A DNA stretch of 50,498 nucleotides from Oscillospiraceae bacterium. Its GTDB lineage: Bacteria; Bacillota; Clostridia; Oscillospirales; CAG-272. The notes beneath the pieces are model-generated. The model saw only the letters and a list, made by a program, of their open reading frames with translations, was not told the origin of the DNA and made no database searches. Within the stretch, counting starts at the first letter, position 1. Every line of letters begins with the position of its first letter. The stretch is taken from assembly GCA_015064135.1 (NCBI GenBank), contig SVSU01000002.1, positions 1 to 50,498 on the forward strand, in the 5' to 3' direction. This document shows positions 44,369 through 50,498 of the stretch, in pieces. The translations under genes were made by a program, and so were the position numbers.

Positions 44369-47300
44369 ATGCAAAAGAAACTCTTAGCTTTCGTGTTGGC
44401 AGCACTGCTTACAGCATCCGCACTGCCGGCAACAGCATTGGCATCTATTGAGGTTGCCGGTGCAGCGGAAACAGCGATAACGGCTCTTTCCGGCGAAAAC
44501 ACCCTTGATACGTTCAGTGGAACAATCGTTTCCACCGGCGTAAACACCACATCTGTGGACGGATCTCTTGTTGGTGAAATTATCGGTGCAGGTGCAGTAG
44601 CTGACCAGCTTACCGCTGCATTTGACGGTAACGTTACCACACAGATCAACCTTGATGCGAACTATGATGACGAAGTTATCAACTGGGTTGGTATCAAGTT
44701 CCCCGCAGCAGTTGCTGCAACATCAATCAAGATCGCGACTCTTGACGGACAGGAGTCCAAGATCTACGGATCCTACGTTCAGGGTTCCAATGACGGTGTG
44801 ACATGGACCACACTGGCTGATTTCAACGATTGGAGAGATTACGACAACTACGCGAATAGCGGAGAAGACTACTGCTCCAAGACTATCACAGACACCAATA
44901 CATACACCTACTTCCGTTATTTCAACTATAACGACATGGGTGCAAACCGTCTGGCTGAGTTCCATGTATACGGTGAAATGGACGCGCCCGAGGTAGTTCT
45001 TCCCAACACCATTGATACATACAATGGAACAATCAACTACTCCGGCGTAAACGCAACATCCGCTGACGGCTCTCTCGCAGGAGAGGTTATCTCCGGCGGC
45101 GTTGGTTATGCGGCAGTTTCCGCTGCATTCGACGGCGATATGGCCACCCAGGCAAGCTTCGATGCAAACTACGGAACAGATGTAAGCTACTGGATGGGTA
45201 TGAAGACAGACAAGCCCGTTGTTCCCGTGAGATTCAGACTGGCTGCTTCTGCATACGCACAGCAGTCCAAGATTGCCGGTTCCTACATCCAGGGATCCAA
45301 TGACGGTGTGACATGGACAACACTGTGGCAGTATTCCGATTGGAAGGAATACGCAAGCCCTGCTGAAGGCGGTACATGGGAGCCCGGTACCTACAAGGAG
45401 CTTTACATTTCCACAACCGATACATATCAGTACTTCAGATACTTCAACTACAACGATGATGGCGCAAACCGTCTGACTGAGTTCCAGGTATTTGGTGTAT
45501 ATCCTACCGATAATACCCTCGATGTATATGAAGGAGACATCGTTTACACAGGCGTTGACTCAACATCTGTTGACGGCAACGTTGTAGGCGAAATCATCGG
45601 CGGCGGTACAGATGCTGCTGCTCTTGCTTCCGCATTCGACGGTGATATCAACACCATGACATACCTCAGTACCAACGTTGGTACAGACGTATCCTACTGG
45701 ATGGGTATCAAGGCTGACGAGGCTATCGTGCCCACAGCATTTGCTATCTCTCTTCCCGCAGGCCAGCATTACAGAATGCTCGGTTCCTATATCCAGGGCT
45801 CCAACGATGGTGAAAACTGGACAACTCTGGTTGACTGGTACACAGGCGACCAGTGGAGAGAATATGCTACTCCCGATGAGGGTGGTGTATGGTTCGGCAA
45901 CGACAACTTCAAGTATGTCGAAGTTGACACAGACGAAGCATATCAGTACTACAGATACTTCAACTACAACGATAAGGGCGGCAACCGTCTGTCCGAGTTC
46001 CGCGTATACACAGCAGATGCTGCAGTATCCGGTGCTGAAAACAGCGTAGTTAAGTATAACGGTGAAATCGTTAATACAGGTGTTTATGCAACTGTTGGCG
46101 AAGGCCTGAAGGCTGCTGAAATCATCGGCGCAGGCGCATCTGCATCTGATCTTGCAAACATTGCAGACGGTTCTTCCGCAACAGGCGCACTTCTTGCCGG
46201 CAATACAGAAGAGATTAACGTATGGGTTGGTCTCAAGTTCGGCACTCCCGTAGTTGCTTCCGAGATCAAGTTCAAGGTTCCCGACGGACAGGCAAACTAC
46301 AGAATCTACGGTTCTTACTTCCAGGGCTCCAATGACGGTGTAAACTGGGAGACCATCAAGTGCATCAACAACTGGAGAGACTATGCTACTCCCGCTGAAG
46401 GCGGTAACTGGGTTGTAGGTGACTACAAGTTCATCGAAACCACCGGTGAAGCATACCAGTATTACAGATACTTCAACAGAAACGACAACGGTGCAAACCG
46501 CATCGGTGAATTCCAGGTTGTTGTTTCCGAAGGTTGGGGCACACCCAGCTACGAAGAGATCGACGTAACAGGCCGCGACAACACAGAAGGTACTCTGTCC
46601 ATGACAACTTCTGAGGATGGCGCAACCGTTACCATCTCCTACGAGCTCGGCGACGGAACAGTTGTATCCTACGACGTTCCCAACAACGTTAACAACCTCT
46701 ACGGTCCTCTTGCAGGTACTGACGACCTCGGTCGTGATATGTACAGCATGGAAGACGTAATCAAGCCCTTCGAAAACAAGGCTGATACATACGAAGTAGG
46801 CGTTCTCAACGAGGACAAGCGCGACATCGGTATGATGTACTTCCTCGTTGCAGGTAACCACGGTAATACCGACACACTGTACGACATCACAAAGATCCTC
46901 GAAGAGGGCGGCGAAGCAGCTAAGTCCTCCAACTACGAAGGATGGGGTCCTGTAGGCGAAATTCACTTCGTAACAGAGCCTCTGTGGGGCTACTACGTTG
47001 CAGCCGACGAATGGGTACAGCAGAAGAACATGGAACTCCTCACCAACGCAGGCGTTGACTTCCTGTACTTCGACCTTACCAACGGCTACGCAGACAGATA
47101 TATTGATGAAATTCTCACAATTGCTGAAATTCTTCATAATCTGAACGAACAGGGCTTCGATGCTCCCGAAATCTGCTTCTACACCCGCACAAACGCAAGC
47201 GGTACCATTGGCTATCTGTATGACAATTTCTACTCCAAGAATCTGTATCCCGATACATGGTATATGCTTGACGGCAAGCCTCTGGTTATCGCTCCCGCAG

Positions 47301-47944
47301 ACGTAAGCGTTTCCTCCTTCTTCACTGTTCGCTACACTCAGTGGCCCACAGACGAAAAGTTGGACAACGCATGGCCTTGGATCGACTGGAACGATAAGCA
47401 GGCTATCTACTACAACGCAGACGGCGAAGCTGAAGCAATCAACGTAACTCCTTCACAGCACTCCGGTGTTAATGGCGAAGGCGGCTGGATGTCCGAATCC
47501 GGTATCTACGGCCACGCTACAAACCACGGTAAGAGCTGGTACGCAACATACGATGCAAACGGCAACTATGTTGGTACTCGTGACCTGACAACTGCAGACT
47601 CTTACAAGTACGGTTACAACTTCCAGTCTCAGTTCAACATTGCTCTGGAATCCGATGTTCCTTACGTCCTCATCACAGGTTGGAACGAATGGCTTGCACA
47701 GCGTCAGGATCCCGAACTCACCGCTTCTCTCGGTATCACAGACAGAGTAATCTTCGTTGACGAAGCTACTCTCGAGTTCAACCGTGACATCGAAATGGCA
47801 CGCGGTACATTCTTCGACAACTACTACATGATTCTTGCGAAGAACGTACAGGCACTGAAGGGTGCAGCTCCCGACGTTATTCAGGATATGAGAAAGACCA
47901 TCAACACCACAGGCGACTTGCTCAGTGGGACGATGTTATCGTAA
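44369..47944 (+). CDS. Giant secreted protein, part 1: signal peptide, four discoidin (F5/8 type C / CBM32-like) modules, glycoside-hydrolase-like domain; truncated by a frameshift
   Basis: AAGGAGAGG lies upstream of the ATG and there is a signal peptide (MQKKLLAFVLAALLTASALPATALA). Four ~165-190-aa modules each have AFDGD..T, W.G.K, GSY.QGSNDGV.W, YQY.RYFNYND.GANRL.EF. From about 46560 there is a TIM-barrel-like region (MYFLVAGNHG, ITGWNEWLAQRQ). The GH family is not resolved. The frame ends at TAA 47942, but coding continues in another frame. Confidence 0.85.
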   Translation: MQKKLLAFVLAALLTASALPATALASIEVAGAAETAITALSGENTLDTFSGTIVSTGVNTTSVDGSLVGEIIGAGAVADQLTAAFDGNVTTQINLDANYDDEVINWVGIKFPAAVAATSIKIATLDGQESKIYGSYVQGSNDGVTWTTLADFNDWRDYDNYANSGEDYCSKTITDTNTYTYFRYFNYNDMGANRLAEFHVYGEMDAPEVVLPNTIDTYNGTINYSGVNATSADGSLAGEVISGGVGYAAVSAAFDGDMATQASFDANYGTDVSYWMGMKTDKPVVPVRFRLAASAYAQQSKIAGSYIQGSNDGVTWTTLWQYSDWKEYASPAEGGTWEPGTYKELYISTTDTYQYFRYFNYNDDGANRLTEFQVFGVYPTDNTLDVYEGDIVYTGVDSTSVDGNVVGEIIGGGTDAAALASAFDGDINTMTYLSTNVGTDVSYWMGIKADEAIVPTAFAISLPAGQHYRMLGSYIQGSNDGENWTTLVDWYTGDQWREYATPDEGGVWFGNDNFKYVEVDTDEAYQYYRYFNYNDKGGNRLSEFRVYTADAAVSGAENSVVKYNGEIVNTGVYATVGEGLKAAEIIGAGASASDLANIADGSSATGALLAGNTEEINVWVGLKFGTPVVASEIKFKVPDGQANYRIYGSYFQGSNDGVNWETIKCINNWRDYATPAEGGNWVVGDYKFIETTGEAYQYYRYFNRNDNGANRIGEFQVVVSEGWGTPSYEEIDVTGRDNTEGTLSMTTSEDGATVTISYELGDGTVVSYDVPNNVNNLYGPLAGTDDLGRDMYSMEDVIKPFENKADTYEVGVLNEDKRDIGMMYFLVAGNHGNTDTLYDITKILEEGGEAAKSSNYEGWGPVGEIHFVTEPLWGYYVAADEWVQQKNMELLTNAGVDFLYFDLTNGYADRYIDEILTIAEILHNLNEQGFDAPEICFYTRTNASGTIGYLYDNFYSKNLYPDTWYMLDGKPLVIAPADVSVSSFFTVRYTQWPTDEKLDNAWPWIDWNDKQAIYYNADGEAEAINVTPSQHSGVNGEGGWMSESGIYGHATNHGKSWYATYDANGNYVGTRDLTTADSYKYGYNFQSQFNIALESDVPYVLITGWNEWLAQRQDPELTASLGITDRVIFVDEATLEFNRDIEMARGTFFDNYYMILAKNVQALKGAAPDVIQDMRKTINTTGDLLSGTMLS
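44495..46523 (+). repeat. Four tandem discoidin-like coding modules (about 44495-44974, 45005-45496, 45509-46008, 46037-46523)
   Basis: DNA-level repeats are visible, for example GGATCCTACGTTCAGGGTTCCAATGACGGTGTGACATGGAC (~44770) versus GGTTCCTACATCCAGGGATCCAATGACGGTGTGACATGGAC (~45280). The module boundaries are approximate. Confidence 0.8.
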
Positions 47945-50498
47945 CATATGCTGACGTTGAAGGCGACACAATCAACCGTGCAGCTGAAGGTTACGGCGGA
48001 GCATGGTACACAGACGAATCCGGACGTAACGATATCGTTGCAGCAAAGGTAACAGCAGACAACACCAACCTGTACTTCTATGTACAGACAGCAGCCGACG
48101 TAACATACTTTGTAAACGATTCCTCTTGGATGGAACTGTATGTAAACGTTGACCGCGACACAACCGGTTGGTACGGCTACGACTTCCTTATCACAGACAC
48201 CATCACAAGCGAAACAACAGCAACTGTTGCAGCTCTCTCCGACAGTGGTAAGTCCACAGCAGGCGAGGCTACAATCCGCGTTGCAGGCAACGAAATGATG
48301 GTAGCTGTTCCTCTCACAGTTCTCGGAATCGACAACTACAAGGAAATCGATATCGAGTTCAAGTGGGCAGACTCCGAAACAACAATCAACGAAATGGAAG
48401 ACTTCTACACTGAGGGTGACGCAGCTCCTCTCGGACGTATGAACTATGTATTCACAAACTACAAGGCTTCCACAAACGTTGACGGCGAAGAAACTCCCGA
48501 TGTACCCGTTGTTCCCGAAACAAACGGCATCAACAAGTACGTTGGCGAAATCGTTTACACAGGCACATACAACACATCCGTTGATGCATCTCTCGTAGGT
48601 GAGATCATCGGTGGTAACATCACAGCAGCTTCCGTAGCAACAGCATTCGACGGCGACACAGCAACTGAAACAAGACTTGCTTCCAACGCAGGTGAAGATG
48701 TAAGCACATGGTTCGGTATTAAGCTTGACGCTCCCGTTGTTCCTTCCTACATCAGACTTTCCGTTGCACAGCACTACAGAATCATGGGCTCCTACGTTCA
48801 GGGCTCCAACGACGGTAAGAACTGGACAACTCTGAAGGACCTCTCTGACTGGAGAGAATATGCAACTCCCGCAGAAGGCGGTTACTGGCCCGCAGACGAG
48901 GCTTACAAGGTAATCGAGCCCAACACCACAACAGCATATCAGTACTACAGATACTTCAACTACAATGACCAGGGCGGCAACTGGCTGGCTGAGTTCCAGG
49001 TATTTGGTCCCGATGGCATCGTAATTGAACTTCCCGACAACAACATCAACGTATACGAAGGCGAAATCGTATACACAGGCATGAACAATACATCCGTTGG
49101 CGGTTCCGTAGTTGGTGAAATCATCGGTGCAGGCACAACAGCCGAGTCTATTGCTGCTGCATTCGATGGTAACACAACAACAACAGGTTACCTCAGCGCT
49201 AACACCGGTGATGTTGTAGATTACTGGATGGGTATCAAGACAGCGGAAGCTATCGTTCCCACAGCATTCAGAATCACCGACACAGTACACAACTCCATCT
49301 ACTGGTCCTACATCCAGGCATCCAAGGATGGCGTAAACTGGGATACACTTGATGTATTCGATGACTGGAGAGACTATGCTACTCCCGATGAGGGCGGTTA
49401 CTGGTTCGGCGAAGACGTATACAAGTACGTCGAAGTAAAGACCACCGAAGCATATCAGTACTTCAGATACTTCAACTACAACGACGACGGTAGAAACCGT
49501 CTGGCTGAGTTCCAGGTATTCGCAGCAGATGCAGCAGTTGCAGGTGCTGAGAATAACGTTGTTAAGTTCAACGGCGAAATCGTTAAGACAGGCGTGAACT
49601 CCACAGCAGTTAACGGTTCTCTCGTAGGTGAAATCATCGGTGCAGGCGTTTCTGCTACTGATCTCGCACTTATCGCAGACGGTGACACCGCTACCGGTGC
49701 TTTTGCAAGTGCAAACACAGAAGTAATCAACACATGGTTCGGTATCAAGTTCCCTGCTCCCGTTCTGGCTTCCACCATCAATGTTGCAGTTCCCGACGGA
49801 CAGGCAAACTACAGAGTATACGGTTCTTACTTCCAGGCTTCCAATGACGGCGTAAACTGGGTAACTCTCGATGTATTCGACAGCTGGAGAGACTACAGTG
49901 ATTACACACCCGGCAACGGCCTCTACAAGACTGTAACTGTAACAGACACAGCTAAGTACACATACTTCAGATACTTCAACCTCAACGACCACGGTGCAAA
50001 CCGCGTTGGTGAATTCCAGGTATACGGTGTGATGGACGAAATCCCCGTACACACTCACGAAATGACCTACACTGCAGCAGTTGATGCAACTTGCGCAGCA
50101 GCAGGTAACGTTGAGTACTGGTACTGCGCAGGCTGCGATACATACTACGCAGACGAAGCAGGCGAAACTGTTCTTGAAACAGTTGAAACAGCAATCAACC
50201 CCGACAACCATACAGGTGAAACCGAAGTTCGTGACGCTGTTGACGCAACTGCTACAACAGAAGGTTACACAGGTGACACATGGTGTCTCGGATGCGAAAC
50301 CAAGCTCGAAGACGGTGAAGTAATTCCCGCAACAGGCATCGGCGGAACATTCGGCGAAGACGGCACATGGCAGCTGGCAAATGGTGTTCTGACCGTTTCC
50401 GGTACATCCGCAATTCCGAATTACACAGCAGGTAAGGCTCCTTGGTACAGCCAGAGAGCAAACATCACAAGCATTGTAATCGGTAAGGACATTCCCGC
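47917..50498 (+). CDS. Giant secreted protein, part 2 (frame-shifted continuation; 3' end beyond the window): beta-sandwich, three more discoidin modules, Cys-rich repeats
   Basis: The frame with codon starts at 47788+3n is open from 47788 to the window end. That is why it is absent from the stop-delimited ORF track. It reads ...LAQWDDVIVTYADVEGDTINRAAEGYGGAWYTDESGRNDIVAAKVTADNTNLYFYVQT... then three modules like those in part 1, then HTHEMTYTAAVDATCAAAGNVEYWYCAGCDTYYADEAG.... There is no start codon or SD before ATG 48130, so it continues part 1. The start coordinate is approximate. Confidence 0.8.
48529..50028 (+). repeat. Three tandem discoidin-like coding modules (about 48529-49008, 49040-49523, 49552-50028)
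   Basis: They carry the same motifs as modules 1-4. Modules 6 and 7 resemble modules 3 and 4 most closely, for example AAVSGAENSVVKYNGEIVNTGV versus AAVAGAENNVVKFNGEIVKTGV, and both have PDGQANYR.YGSYFQ.SNDGVNW. Confidence 0.75.

Noticed and set aside
47897-47931. Programmed -1 ribosomal frameshift joining the two parts of the giant gene.
   Set aside because: There is no slippery heptamer (X XXY YYZ) and no obvious downstream stimulatory structure at the frame junction. An indel (error or mutation) is more parsimonious.
45560-50211. Very long - strand ORFs (525 aa and 776 aa) rich in Cys and Val, opposite the giant surface-protein gene.
   Set aside because: The + strand encodes repeated, motif-rich discoidin modules with strong codon bias (many GAC/AAC/ACA/GGT codons). 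The reverse complement of these codons avoids stops and yields V/C-rich nonsense. There are no SDs and no recognisable domains.
1-50498. A search for tRNA or rRNA genes, transposases, integrases, phage modules, toxin-antitoxin pairs or known defence-system genes.
   Set aside because: None were recognised. Every intergenic region longer than 150 nt was read by eye and contains promoters, leaders, terminators or the repeats listed above. This is a negative result by eye, so a tRNAscan, Infernal and DefenseFinder/PADLOC run would be the proper confirmation.

Overview
This looks like a chromosomal segment of a Firmicute of class Clostridia. A dockerin module, SLH-like repeats, spoIIE, two T-box leaders and GGAGG-type ribosome-binding sites suggest a Ruminococcus/Oscillospiraceae-like organism, but that is inference only. 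I support about 36 protein-coding genes. The housekeeping set is alaS (3' part), holA, cysK, cysE, cysS, recA, uvrB, spoIIE, ktrAB, azlCD, a stand-alone pduL, citrate synthase, a Fur/PerR-like regulator with reverse rubrerythrin, and a Na+-decarboxylase beta plus small subunit pair. The accessory set is two tandem DUF4838-like paralogues, a C-type-lectin/dockerin protein next to a second secreted papain-like protein, an SLH/ricin/M23-like wall protein, three small Zn-ribbon membrane proteins, and a giant (>2000 aa) secreted protein. The giant protein has seven discoidin-like modules around a glycosidase-like core and is split by a frameshift near 47.9 kb. I found no rRNA or tRNA gene, no CRISPR array, no transposase, integrase or phage genes, and no recognisable defence system. 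I therefore cannot claim a clear new multi-gene system here. The most unusual signals are three. (1) A T-box leader, with the specifier hand-folded as GUA/Val at low confidence, sits in front of a single ORF fusing an XRE-HTH/cupin regulator to a medium-chain acyl-CoA synthetase. (2) A family of structured intergenic repeats occurs at two loci (30.0 kb and 36.4 kb), and both of its stems show compensatory base changes between loci. (3) A Cys T-box operon has a Zn-ribbon CPBP protease gene inserted between cysE and cysS. All family assignments come from motif recognition by eye. No database search was run.
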